A stretch of 63,874 bases of DNA, filler included, from Stramenopiles sp. TOSAG23-2 (lineage: Eukaryota): assembly GCA_900128395.1 (NCBI GenBank). It is 7 parts of 7 records of this genome, joined end to end, with 100 filler letters (N's around TTAATTAATTAA, not from the genome) between each part and the next. Parts side by side here need not be neighbours in the genome. Positions count along the whole stretch, not along the records: positions 1 to 9,068 come from LT650128.1; positions 9,169 to 18,232 come from LT650129.1; 5 more parts are not named here. One strand, 5' to 3'. The notes beneath the pieces were generated by a model, which saw only the letters and a program-made list of their open reading frames with translations, searched no databases and was not told the origin of the DNA. A program made the translations under genes and the position numbers. Positions 1 through 12,397 of this stretch are shown here, one piece after another. How positions within the stretch are numbered: the first letter of the stretch is position 1; the number at the start of each line of letters is the position of its first letter.

Positions 1-1
1 T

Positions 2-1231
2 GGTAAAACAGATCATGGGAAAAAAATTATACAAAATATTCAACAAGAATTAAAAAATGTAAATCAAATGTTGAAAAAAGAACAAAATGAAAATAAAACT
101 TTAAAAGAAGAAATATCAAGATTAAATGAAGAAATGGAGCTATTGCAACAACGTCAACAGCAGCAACAAGAACAAGAATATTCCAAAACGCCACCATTAT
201 CAATCAATAATCATTTACAACATCCACGCCAACAATTTTTGTCACAGCTACAAGAACATGAATATAATGGTTCACCAATACCATCGCCAGTAAGAAATAA
301 ATTGAAAACACCAACAAATCAAATTAAAAGATACTCAAATAATGGAGGTAGTAATAATATCATGTTCAATACTAATAATAATAGTGTAAATAGTGAAGTT
401 AAATATGATGGTAGTAGTATTATAAACTCCTCTTTAACAACAACGACGACGAAAAATTTGGATGCTGTATCGCCAACGGAAGTGAAAGAATTAAGAGAAG
501 AAGTAAAATTATTACGAATGTTTATATCTGAACAAAATCCAAAAGCATGGAAAGAAATTTTTGGAAGTGGTAGCATCACCAGCAACGTTGGTAGTTTAAT
601 AAATAGCAGCAGTATGCGTAGTAGTCATGATAATATCGTTGCAACACCAGAAAATGACTCATCAAATAGTCACATTAGCACTGGTAGTGATGGTAATGGT
701 AGTGGTAGATTATTAAATACACCACCAAATAGAGATTTAAATGACACTGTTTTTATTGATGAACACAAGAGCAACAATAACAATAAACTCAGTCAAGAAC
801 GATTAAAATTACATCATCGTTTTACATCAAATACACTAAGTAATAATAACAATAGTTGGGAAAATATTGGTGAGTTGGATGGCGCACGTTTAGGTAGTAG
901 TGGTGGAGGTGGTGGCAAATTTAAAAGCAGGCCATTACTAAATATACCCGAAGGGCAATCAATTGGTACGCATGGGTCTTTACTCCCGTTAACAAATATA
1001 CCGGAGGAAGAATATTTATCCGAAACCTCTCGTAGTGTTATGACAGATCGATCAATTCGAAGCGTATTAAGCGATGCTTCTTCAATGGCATTGTCACCTC
1101 GCTTGAATTTTGGGAAAGAATTATCGCGTCCCTCTGATGTCCCGTCATTAGAATTAAACCACTTGGCTGATTTAAAAGATGAAACCAGTGAAAGCGATGT
1201 CGAAAGCACTAGTAGTTATGGTGGAAAGTAG
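2..1231 (+). CDS. 5'-partial coiled-coil/low-complexity protein, unknown function
   Basis: Frame is open from base 2 (GKTDHGKKII...) to TAG at 1229-1231. Coiled-coil heptads, Q/N/S-rich, no recognisable domain. Confidence 0.7.
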   Translation, partial: GKTDHGKKIIQNIQQELKNVNQMLKKEQNENKTLKEEISRLNEEMELLQQRQQQQQEQEYSKTPPLSINNHLQHPRQQFLSQLQEHEYNGSPIPSPVRNKLKTPTNQIKRYSNNGGSNNIMFNTNNNSVNSEVKYDGSSIINSSLTTTTTKNLDAVSPTEVKELREEVKLLRMFISEQNPKAWKEIFGSGSITSNVGSLINSSSMRSSHDNIVATPENDSSNSHISTGSDGNGSGRLLNTPPNRDLNDTVFIDEHKSNNNNKLSQERLKLHHRFTSNTLSNNNNSWENIGELDGARLGSSGGGGGKFKSRPLLNIPEGQSIGTHGSLLPLTNIPEEEYLSETSRSVMTDRSIRSVLSDASSMALSPRLNFGKELSRPSDVPSLELNHLADLKDETSESDVESTSSYGGK

Positions 1232-2872
1232 AGATTTGTGACGACTATTACGTATCATTTTTAGTATTTTTAATTATGTAAAATGATACAGTATGATATG
1301 CGTGTCGTCTGGTAATCGTAGAGCTCCTTGGTGTAAAAAAAAAAAGTTTATAAGAAAATTTTATTTAACCAAACCATAGCAAAAGTTGTTTTCAAGAAAA
1401 AATATTGAATTTTATATGACTAATATAAATACAATATGATGATATAATAAGATACCAAATAAAATATAATGCTATCCATGCTATCGTGCTATCCTATAAC
1501 ATTATCCAGGCTATAAATAAAAAGTTGCAAATCCAGCAAATGCTGTGTACTGCTTGGACCACATTTGCACCGTATTTTCATATATTTTCCGTCTCAACTC
1601 TTTTACGAAATATTCATATTTTACTGATGTATATAACTACACACTATGGATTTCATCACCTCAAAACATTAACATCTCCAAACATAAATAACACCATCAG
1701 CTGTTGGCATCACCACACACACACCACCACATACAGGGAGGAAAAAAATGAATAAATATAGATCCAAAAATAATATGAAGAACTAATAACAAACAACAAA
1801 TGATACGAGTGAATGTTCGAACCATATATATCGGGTCTTGTACATATATATATATATAAATTGAATTGCAGTGAAGTCAAACAAGAAAGTTATATTATTA
1901 TTATTATTTTCTTATCTTAGTATATTGTATAAACAAGTGTTTAATATATATATATATAAACATGACATCGTTATTAAAGTATTTAAATATTAATACAAAA
2001 GATTATTTTTTTAATAATACAGATGAGGAAGAGGAACACTTAGAATTGGCGTTTAGTAATGAAGATTTTCATCCATTGGATTATTCAAAATGGTCTGAGG
2101 TGGAAAAAAAATGGGATGCATTCATAACTACATGTGTTGAAGCTTAACTGTATCATCGAAGATAATCACTAAATATTCCTCTGGAAAATTCTTTGATATT
2201 TCTGATGGTAGATATGGAAGGACACGCACTTAGATTACAGAGACAAGTATAGTGGACTTACATGCTATTCTGATGCTAATATTAGATTATTGTATAAATC
2301 AACGTTGAATGAAAGTCTAGTATTTTCAGTAACACACACACACTTATACCAGTATTTTGTATATATATATATATACATATATACTTTATGCGTATATACA
2401 AGAAGGAATAATCACAAGAAAAGAGTACGAAGAAATATATAATTAAATTGGAAAGAGTTTAAGCCGTGTGAGTTTAAAACTCTTAAGTTATATAATTTGT
2501 TTGTATTGGGAAAGTATTTATATTAAAGTTTATCGATAAATCTCAATCATAAATTTCAACCAGTTAATCAAGTGTTTACCGAGACTCAGACTGGCAGGCT
2601 GGCAGGCTATTCAGAAATTATTCGTCGTTAATATCAAAATAGAATATTAAGGAAATAACAGAATAGGAGTCGACTAAGGTATAACAATTATTAATAATAT
2701 TTTATTATTATTATTATATATTTTATTAAAAAAAAAAATAATTTAAATTATTATTATATTATTGTTTTTCTAGTATTATTATCACATAACTTATATCATC
2801 ATTCGTACACACAGTGTAATACAACCAGAACTGTAATTACTGCGTGAAGGTAAAACAATATCATTGTCAACA

Positions 2873-5800
2873 ATGCCAAAAAAAACAATGAAACAACGAA
2901 AACAATGTGCCAAGAAAAAAATGAATTTTCAACCACCTCCAATGCTAATGATGAACGGGCAACCAATGTTGAATTACCAATTCAATCCTCAACACGCTCT
3001 GATGGCCCAACAACAACAAATGCTGCAAAACCAAGTTTTTGAACATCAACGGTATGTTCACAATACTCAAAACTTTATTCAAAAGCAGTTTCAAGAAATT
3101 CAACAATTAAAAGAAATAATAGCACGAAAAGGGAAAATAGGATCAAACGTTGTTAATTGGTCACAAGAACTACCACCATCCTTACCAAAAAGTTTAAGGC
3201 ATAGAATATTTAATATTTTTATGCGTGATACAAACGAGTTGGAAAACTTGATGAAGCCAAAAAATGGTTTAAAGATATCAAAAAACTTTATCAATTTTGG
3301 CAATCGTAATAGCAAGAAAATACTACGTAATAATAATAATAATAATAGCAACATTAATCAGCCAGAAGATGATATAATAATTGCTAGTGAATCTTTAACA
3401 ATTGATATAGTTGGGGCAGCAACAAGAGGAGAAGGAGGAGGGGAATCAAACATGTTATCTAAGTATTACTTAACTGGAATTACAAAGACAGATAATAATA
3501 AAAATAAAAAGAAGAAACAGATTTTTAAACATAAAATATCGAATGGTGCAAACATGCCATATCTTCTCAATACAAAGAAAGGGCTTATAGAAACGGAGAA
3601 GATTAAGATACAAATTAATTTATGTGTTGACAGCAGTTTTAGCGGGGGGTTGAAATATGAGTTTCTCCTTTTTGAGTTTTGTGAAATAACTTGCACACAA
3701 CAAGGTGTGCAATATAATCATTTTGTAATTGCAACTTTAATGATGGTATATTTTGAATCGTTTAGTTTATCGGATGATACGAAAGATAATAATGATGAGA
3801 AAAATACAAAACTTAATATTCGTGCTCAGAAATATGTTCCTATGGAAAAACGAAAAATATTTTCATTACCAGCATTGTCATTAAACTCATATCCGTTGAG
3901 AACACGATACCATGATCCATTTTTAAACTCTATTTTTCAACAATTAAAAAGGAAATTAAAAAAAAGGTTGTTCGAACAGACACAATCGTTTAATAAAATG
4001 GGAAAATTACCACTAGATTTGATTTGGCCAAACCACCGTTTAATTAATAATATTTTGAATCCAGAACGACTTGTTTACAGTGTTCGAGATGAAATGTTAC
4101 TAGCTGGTCCATATGCAAATACTTGGGCAAGAAATGGAAACGAAGTTCTGACATCTCACCATTATTTATGTCACTGGATTGCATTATTAAATGTAGAAGA
4201 GTTAAGAATCATTGCTGATTTGAAAGAATTAGATATACATAATATTTCATTTTTAAAAGTCAAGTTAATTGAAGAAAAGAATGATACACATGATGATAAA
4301 CAAAAGTTAGATCAAAACCAAATAGTACGTTGCACGTTAAATTTACCGGGTGTCGATGAGCAACGACCTTTTTTGAGCATGGGCATGGAAATTTCCTGTC
4401 GTACATTGTTGAGATTAGATAACAATCAAGCGTATGAATTGATTGGATATATTGTTCGCCGAAATTCAACTTTTGTGACAGCTGAATTTTTAGTATCCGA
4501 TGTTGTAAAATATATTATGACAACTAAAACTAATCCAAATATTGATAATTCAACATTAACAATGGCATATAAAGAGAAATTAATAAGTGATATACAAGGA
4601 ACGAAATTCCATTTACGATATACGTATCAAACAGATTATTACGAAGCGATGCGATTGGCATTATTTTTAATGGTAGATAAGGATGGTAGAGATCCGAATA
4701 AAATGAAAACGTTGTTTCCCTCAGGAAAAGAATCCTTATTGAAATCTTTGCCAATTGATATAAAAGAGAGTATACACGAATCAAAAATTATGAAACAATG
4801 GAAAGATCGTAATGATATTTGTAATCAATTAGATGAACGACAAATGTGGGTGGATGATACGGTTAATTTGCATCAAAAAATTTCTATTAGTATGATTTTG
4901 AGTAAAGAAAATGGATTAGCCCCAATAGTAATTCATGGTCCACCTGGCACTGGAAAAACGAAAACGGTTGTAGAAGCAGTAAATCAGATCATAAATTTGA
5001 ACCTCGAAAATGCATATACAAACAAATCAAAAAAAGAGAGAGACAAAAGCAAAACTTCAACACGAATTTTATTGACTGCACCATCAGATATCGCATGCGA
5101 TGTTTTGTGTTCACGTTTGACGAAAACATTACATGGAAAATACAATATGCTACGCATGAATTTACCGCAACGACAAGTCAATGAAATTGTATTGATGGAT
5201 GTATTAAATCACTGCCATATATCTAAAACAACGGGTTCGTTTGAAATACCTGAAGTGACTGAATTAAAGAAATATAAAGTAATCGTTTGCACGTGTGCAG
5301 CAGCTGCATTATTTTTAGCCAATCACCATGGTTTAATTGATCTGTTTTCGAATCATTTTCAATATATATTCATTGATGAAGCTGGACAAGCATTGGAGCC
5401 AGAGGCTCTTATTCCAATTTCAATCGGGCGTTTAAACAAAGGAATTGCATCAATAGTATTGAGCGGGGATCCAAAACAGCTTGAAGCACAAGTACGTTCA
5501 CCAATAGCTGGTGCCTTTCGCTTTGGAAAATCTTTACAAGAACGTTTGATGTCAATGCCATTGTACAATCCAAAAAATATACAACAATCAAAATTTTGTT
5601 TTATCCAATTAAATTTAAATTATCGATCACATATTGATATATTGAATTTCTCATCAACTGAATTTTACGATGGAAGTTTACATCCAAAGGCAAATGATGC
5701 CAAAGCAAATAAGTTTTTGAATTGGGAAGGTGTACGTATAAGCAAAGCCTCTGGAAAACCATTTCCTCTCATTATATATGATATTGCAGGGGAAGAACGA

Positions 5801-6556
5801 TTAGATCAAGGCAGTATTTCATTTTACAACATAGAAGAAGCAAATGCTATTGTTAAAATAATACAAGATTTACTTAAATCAGAAAAAGTGCAATGCACGG
5901 CAAGTGACATAGCAGTTCTATGTGCCTACTGGCAACAAGTCCGGCTCGTGCGTAAATATCTTAGACAGAGGGGATTAGGCGCAATACGTGTTGGTGTAGT
6001 TGATGATTATCAAGGCCAAGAATCCCCAATTACAATTGTATCATGTGTACTAACGCAACCACGGCAACAAGTTGATGTTTTAAGTCCTTTGACGGGTTTA
6101 CTTGGTAATGTAAAACGAGTTAATGTTGCTTTGACACGTGCAATGGGATTAAGCATAGTAGTTGCATCAGCATCTTTTTTAAAAAGCGACATGTACTTTC
6201 AACGTTTATTAAAATATTGTTGGAAAAATAACTCTGTATATACGGATAGAAATTTGAATGAATTCATTGTTGCAGAAGATGATATTGATGATGAAACGAA
6301 TAATATTCATATGACTACTGCTACTGCTACTAATGATAAAAATAATAATAAGAAGAAAGAAACTTTGAAAGATTATGATGATTATGAAGATGATGAAGAT
6401 TTAATATTAAACCATTTAAAAGATTTTGCTGTGTTAAATTTAAATGATGTCAATAATGCATTTGGGACCTCTGATTTGAATGGTAGTTCCTACGTGGCAT
6501 TGGAATTTGATGCATTCTATAAAGAGGAAAAACCATTCAAAGGTAATTCATTGTGA
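2873..6556 (+). CDS. MOV10: MOV10/SDE3/Armitage-like SF1 (UPF1-like) RNA helicase
   Basis: IHGPPGTGKT (Walker A), ILLTAPSDIACD, IFIDEAGQALEPE (Walker B), LSGDPKQL, NYRSH, VDDYQGQE, KRVNVALTRA. The upstream LPGVDEQRPFL segment is typical of MOV10/SDE3. First in-frame ATG is 2873 (the track's 2864 is TTG). Confidence 0.85.
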   Translation: MPKKTMKQRKQCAKKKMNFQPPPMLMMNGQPMLNYQFNPQHALMAQQQQMLQNQVFEHQRYVHNTQNFIQKQFQEIQQLKEIIARKGKIGSNVVNWSQELPPSLPKSLRHRIFNIFMRDTNELENLMKPKNGLKISKNFINFGNRNSKKILRNNNNNNSNINQPEDDIIIASESLTIDIVGAATRGEGGGESNMLSKYYLTGITKTDNNKNKKKKQIFKHKISNGANMPYLLNTKKGLIETEKIKIQINLCVDSSFSGGLKYEFLLFEFCEITCTQQGVQYNHFVIATLMMVYFESFSLSDDTKDNNDEKNTKLNIRAQKYVPMEKRKIFSLPALSLNSYPLRTRYHDPFLNSIFQQLKRKLKKRLFEQTQSFNKMGKLPLDLIWPNHRLINNILNPERLVYSVRDEMLLAGPYANTWARNGNEVLTSHHYLCHWIALLNVEELRIIADLKELDIHNISFLKVKLIEEKNDTHDDKQKLDQNQIVRCTLNLPGVDEQRPFLSMGMEISCRTLLRLDNNQAYELIGYIVRRNSTFVTAEFLVSDVVKYIMTTKTNPNIDNSTLTMAYKEKLISDIQGTKFHLRYTYQTDYYEAMRLALFLMVDKDGRDPNKMKTLFPSGKESLLKSLPIDIKESIHESKIMKQWKDRNDICNQLDERQMWVDDTVNLHQKISISMILSKENGLAPIVIHGPPGTGKTKTVVEAVNQIINLNLENAYTNKSKKERDKSKTSTRILLTAPSDIACDVLCSRLTKTLHGKYNMLRMNLPQRQVNEIVLMDVLNHCHISKTTGSFEIPEVTELKKYKVIVCTCAAAALFLANHHGLIDLFSNHFQYIFIDEAGQALEPEALIPISIGRLNKGIASIVLSGDPKQLEAQVRSPIAGAFRFGKSLQERLMSMPLYNPKNIQQSKFCFIQLNLNYRSHIDILNFSSTEFYDGSLHPKANDAKANKFLNWEGVRISKASGKPFPLIIYDIAGEERLDQGSISFYNIEEANAIVKIIQDLLKSEKVQCTASDIAVLCAYWQQVRLVRKYLRQRGLGAIRVGVVDDYQGQESPITIVSCVLTQPRQQVDVLSPLTGLLGNVKRVNVALTRAMGLSIVVASASFLKSDMYFQRLLKYCWKNNSVYTDRNLNEFIVAEDDIDDETNNIHMTTATATNDKNNNKKKETLKDYDDYEDDEDLILNHLKDFAVLNLNDVNNAFGTSDLNGSSYVALEFDAFYKEEKPFKGNSL

Positions 6557-6925
6557 TTTTATTTATGAACGTATTTACCACAGTAGTATGTATCATAATA
6601 CTCATCATGTAATATAAAATTTATTAATTTTTACAGCATTATTATCATTATTCTAATTATAGTACTATACTCAACATAGTATTTTTTAAGGAAAACATAG
6701 AAAATAACTTTTTATCATATAAATATAATATTAAAATATTATAAAGTCCTTAAATGAAATAAAAAGTGCCATCCATCAATTCAATAATATATATATAAAA
6801 AAACACCAAATAGAAGTTTTTAATAATAGTAATTATAATAACATACGATAACATATTTTTTTTAAAAAAATATATATACAAACTCTTGATCCATTGGTGA
6901 TAATAGTATATATATATATATATAT

Positions 6926-7388
6926 ATGTATACAAGAAAAAAAAAAACGAAAATTAATATAATAAAAATGAAAAAATTTGTATGTGAGCGTTGTGGTAGG
7001 GATGATTTTAAAAATGGAAGAGCAAAGGGTGGCCATAAAGGACAATGCAAAGGTATACCTTATTACCCTAAAAATCAAACTGCCGGTAAAGATTTAGTTA
7101 CTACAGCTATTAATCATGGTAGTAGTGGAATACCTCTGTATGTCTGTGATCGTTGTGGTAAAAATGATTTTCCAAATGGACATGCTCTTGGTGGACGTAA
7201 AAGATATTGCGGAAAACCACAATATTATTCCAGTGTTACGAAGGATAATAATAATGCAGGTCTACAGCCACAGAAAAAACGTAAAATAATTAGAAAAAGA
7301 AAACTCCCTTCTAAGCCTAAAAAAAGAACCAACACCAGTAATACAACCATTTCAAAAAGAACTCATGTGTTGTTCCAAGGTCGTAGTA

Positions 7389-7419
<31 letters not shown>

Positions 7420-9068
7420 TGCAAGTAGTCAAGCAACTAATCGAAAAAAAACTAAAAAAACTATTCAATTATCTCAATATGATCAATATTATGAGGAAGT
7501 ACGTAATACTATGAAAGAGTGTGGTAATGATGTTATTGACTTTGTCAAAGTTCGTGGAACAAAAACCAAAATATATAATGGAATCTGGGAAAATGATAAT
7601 GATGATCCACTAACAGGTAAAAACAATAATATTCGATATTCGAGGAATAATATTATTGGCAATAACAATGATAATAATAATGATGATGGTGCTGATAATA
7701 ATAATAACAAAAACAACAACAACGACACGAAGAACAATAAATTGGAAAACTTTGATGATAATAATGAAATGAAGATTTTAAGACGATTGCGGAAAGTGGT
7801 GCATAAAGACACAGTAACTGCATTCCAGATGAGTCATGTACGACTAATATTTATTACAACAAGACGGAATCAATTAATTGAAAAAATGAGAAGAGTCGTA
7901 TTGGGTGATCAAGTCAATGATAATACGATTATGTTTGACTCGAATTTTACATGGGATATTATTGCTTCGTATGATCTTTTTCAACATAATTTCCGACATG
8001 CAAATGATTGGTCATATAAATTTGATTTGATATTTGCATTTACTGCCATTATTAATATGTATGATAGTTGGAAACATGATCCTGAATTTGGATGGAGAAA
8101 TGAAAATAATTTTTTAAAATCGTTAGGTAAGAAATGGCAAAAAGTATTAACAAAAAGTAAAGAAAATTTAGGCATTCATGAAAAAGATATTTATACACAT
8201 GATGGAATTTTAACATTTTTGGAAGAATTTCAAAAGTCATTAGACCAAATATATAGCGACACTACGATGATAACTGTACGCGAAAAGCATTTTCGTGAGA
8301 ATATGAAATTTCACTACCTTGCAAGTCAGAAAAAAAAAATTAAAAACAAAAGAAAACAACGTAAGAAAGACGATAATAATGAATCAAGTGGTGAGGAATT
8401 ATCATCGTACGAAGGTTATGATGAATATATGCCATTTACTGAAGATGATGCAAATATATTTAGATTTCATAAAGAAAATAATAATGGTCATCATATAAAG
8501 AACATGACAGGTTGCATACCTGAAACCATACCAGATTCGTTTATTGGTCAAACACCTCGTGTGAAAGATAAGTCAATTAATGAAAGTGAATTGTTAAAGG
8601 AAAAAATAAAGGAAGAACTTATGGAAGATTTTTTACACTTGATAACTACATTACCAGCGACGCATCCAAAAATCCTTCGTATCAATATGTTAATTCAACA
8701 ATTTAACTTGACGGAATATGTAAAAAAAGAATTGATTGAAAAAAAAGAAAAAGAATTAGAGGAAGAAAGAATGAAGGGTCGCCGAGCATTACCACCTAAA
8801 AAGAAAATATTAAATCGACGTATAACATTAGCTGATCAGGAGGGAGCGATGTTTCCTGGTAAAGTGATTAGTGTGAGAAAAGGTACATCAAAGGAGGGCG
8901 TGAAACATGTAACTTTAGTACGTGTTTTATATGATGATGGAGAAACGGATACAGATTTAGATTTGGCGATTGAAGAATTTGAATGGTTAGAAGATACCCC
9001 AAATGCTAGCGCGGCAGAGGATAAAGTTGATGGAGATGATGAAGACAGCGAGGAGGAATCGGAATCGG
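6926..9068 (+). CDS. 3'-partial protein with two N-terminal C2H2-like zinc fingers and a C-terminal Tudor-like domain
   Basis: CERC...RAKGGHKGQC and CDRC...HALGGRKRYC; basic NLS-like tracts; FPGKVISV...VRVLYDDGETD Tudor-like motif. Runs into the linker. Alternative ATG at 6968. Confidence 0.7.
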
Positions 9069-9168
9069 NNNNNNNNNNNNNNNNNNNNNNNNNNNNNNNN
9101 NNNNNNNNNNNNTTAATTAATTAANNNNNNNNNNNNNNNNNNNNNNNNNNNNNNNNNNNNNNNNNNNN
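9069..9168. other. Artificial contig linker
   Basis: 44 N + TTAATTAATTAA + 44 N. Confidence 0.98.
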
Positions 9169-12100
9169 CACACGTTAATAAATCTTTTGCTGGAATTCTA
9201 CCGGTGTAATCAGGCTGAGATGGTGTTGATGGGATAGAAGAATTTGATGTCGCATTATCGATTGGGATATATATATATTCAGTAATGTTAATATTACTGC
9301 TAGTGCTAGTGCTTTTCGTAGGATCACCCAATAAAGCAGGTTGTAATAAATTAGCACAGATAGATATATAACAAAATTCATATATCCACGATGCAATATT
9401 TCTGTATCCAGACGATTCTTGCACACGTTTCCGCTTCTCGTGATCTTTAATCGCTAGTGGCACAGTTACCAAGTAAATCCATGCTACAATAAGAAATAGC
9501 GCAATGATAGTGCCAGTTGGAGGATAAATCATGCGTTCATCATATGCAAACAATCCTTTGGTGCCACAGATAGATATATAACAAAATTCATATATCCACG
9601 ATGCAATATTTCTGTATCCAGACGATTCTTGCACACGTTTCCGCTTCTCGTGATCTTTAATCGCTAGTGGCACAGTTACCAAGTAAATCCATGCTACAAT
9701 AAGAAATAGCGCAATGATAGTGCCAGTTGGAGGATAAATCATGCGTTCATCATATGCAAACAATCCTTTGGTGCGACATAGATCATTGTCCAAGACATTG
9801 CGTGTGTTTGATAAGAACAAAACTGTAGTTATAATCCCTTTGGGGAAGTAACCATAAGTTGTCATGCCAACTGTTGTTTTCGTAATCAATAATGCAAAAG
9901 CTAATAACATCTGAAAGGGGGCGAAAAAAATATGAATTAGACTAATAAGATTTGGCAATGTTAGTCTGACAATTGGACTTCTCCAAGTACGCTCCGAAAA
10001 TTCTTGCCGCTGCTTATTTGTAAAATGAAAACCTACATTAAATGCAATGATGCCAAATATAATAACTAAGATCGCTATGAATGAATTTATACGAGTATTT
10101 GCGTCTGGAAAAAAAACATTGTCCCCTTGCAACGTGATAATAGGTATTATCAAGCACGTAAGCCATAATCCACCACTTAATAAAAAACGTGGAGTCGTTC
10201 CCAACACTTTTCGAAATAATAAATGTAATAGCGTAGCAAATGAAGCTGCTGGTACAAATATGGCATAAAAAATTACGCGTATTATCACTACATACGTTTC
10301 CCAGATAAAAAGTAACGAAAATAGCTGCCAAATCTCTCTAAGTGAGTGAGATAAATGTATTTCAGCGACTTCTACTGCTTCGGTTAATGATTGAAATGAC
10401 GGTATATCGCCAATCAAACGCGGTAACCTTATCAACGTTATTGCAACCAGGGTGAACAATATTATAAACTGCATTATATTCCACATATCGTAGCACATCT
10501 TCACAAGTTCCATCCGCAATACGAGTCGCAAACGTTTTGAATTCAAGCCACCTCTTTTCGTTTCTTTCAACACACGTGAAATAAAATTTGGAAATCGATA
10601 TATTGTAAATATTATTATCATAAGTAAAACAATAGTCAGGACATCCATGATTGCATATTTCAATGCTGTAAGACAATATTTTCGCAAATCCTGTTCTTTT
10701 CTACGCCAAATACCAGGCTTATAGGCACTACCACCATTTAAAGGTGGGTGGTTTGCATCGTGCAGCAGTTCATTGAATCGTTTCGTCAATTCCTTTAAAG
10801 TCTGTTCTAAGTTGGTATCTGCCTTTATTCGCTCCGCATTATTTAATTCTAACATCATAGGTCCTTCATACTCTTGATCGTAGATGCACTCTTGGACTGA
10901 TAAATTGACATTTGCGTGTATTACTGGCAATTGAGATTTTCGAATAGCTTCTCGTTCAAATTGTTTACATAGCGATTTAAATTTAATATCATCAACATAC
11001 GAATTGTTTTCATTCAAATTTTTTATTAGTGCAGACAATTTATGGTGAAACTCATTGATTGATTTTTGAGATTTTCGTCTTAAAGCTGTATCTATCGTCT
11101 TCACCCAGTGTAGTTTCGTGTTACTACTCTTTCCACTTTCGTTAATGAAGGCATACATATATTCCATATGATTATGTAAAGTAATGTCAATATCATATAT
11201 TTCTTGCAAGAAATATTTAGTTTCTTCAACAACATTATGTTTTGAAGATAAATTCATTAACCAGATTGCGTGGAAAAAACGCCATGGCATGAGTACAGAA
11301 AGTAACAAGCATGTAAGATGTAGAAGATCAACTATAATGTTAAATATGCATAAGAGGACAATATGCCACATGGAATCACGAAAACCAGGACCTTTGTTCC
11401 AAAATGGTAACAATTTTTCTTGTGTCATATCCTCTTCTACAATGTTTGTATTGTAAATCGCATCACTTCCAACTGTAAAAGCATTATCAACTACATCGTA
11501 CAAATCAATTAGAGGCAACTTAGCATTGCAGATATTAATCGTCTTTTTCTTTTTGTCCATGGTTGTACCTTCAACTTGTAGCATGATATCAAAAATATCG
11601 TGTATATCTTGAGCCGATGTTGTCTCGTTTGGTTTTGTTGTACTGCTTTTTAACATCAAACTTGCTAAATGTTTTTTAACGTTTTTCACATGTGCTTTAT
11701 GTGTTGTTTTAACAACAATTAATATTTCATGTCCTTCCGGTCCTTTCGGCGGTTCATGTTTTGGATCCATTATATCACAAGTAACTTTTAAAGGCTGGAC
11801 ACTTTTAGCAATTTGGACAACAAGGCCACCAAATATTTCTTCGATGTTTTCCCAAAATTTACCTTTGCCTAATATGCGCATTTGAGTGACTTGGAATTGA
11901 TTGCAAAAATCGACAGTATTACGGATATTAGTGTTAGTTACTCCGTGCAAATGAAACTCGATTACTCCTTTGATCTTCGGAATATGCATTTCAAGTCTAT
12001 TCATTTTTACTTTTCCAATTTCAGTAACTGGTTGGCTAGCACTTGACATGAAACTTAAAATACATGATGGTAATCTATAAAGCGTAAATGCAATTACCAG

Positions 12101-12361
12101 AAAAAAAGGTGCAACAACCATATCACGAATTAATTTTAAAAATTCCATTCCAATAAGTTTCTTTCTTTTTGCAAAAGATTCATTTCCGTTACGTAATATT
12201 TGAAATATTATATCTGCTCTAAAAATTGTTATGACAACTACCAATCCTATGATACCAACAAATATATCTGAAATACATAATATAAATTGAAATAAAACGA
12301 TACAATGATACGATATAGAACTTCGTTTGGTGTTATTGTTGTTTTGAATGCTTCCATTATT

Positions 12362-12397
<36 letters not shown>

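Noticed and set aside
1962-2330. 61-aa ORF plus downstream coding-like sequence
   Set aside because: Short, has stops downstream and no recognisable motif. It may be a relic but cannot be supported.
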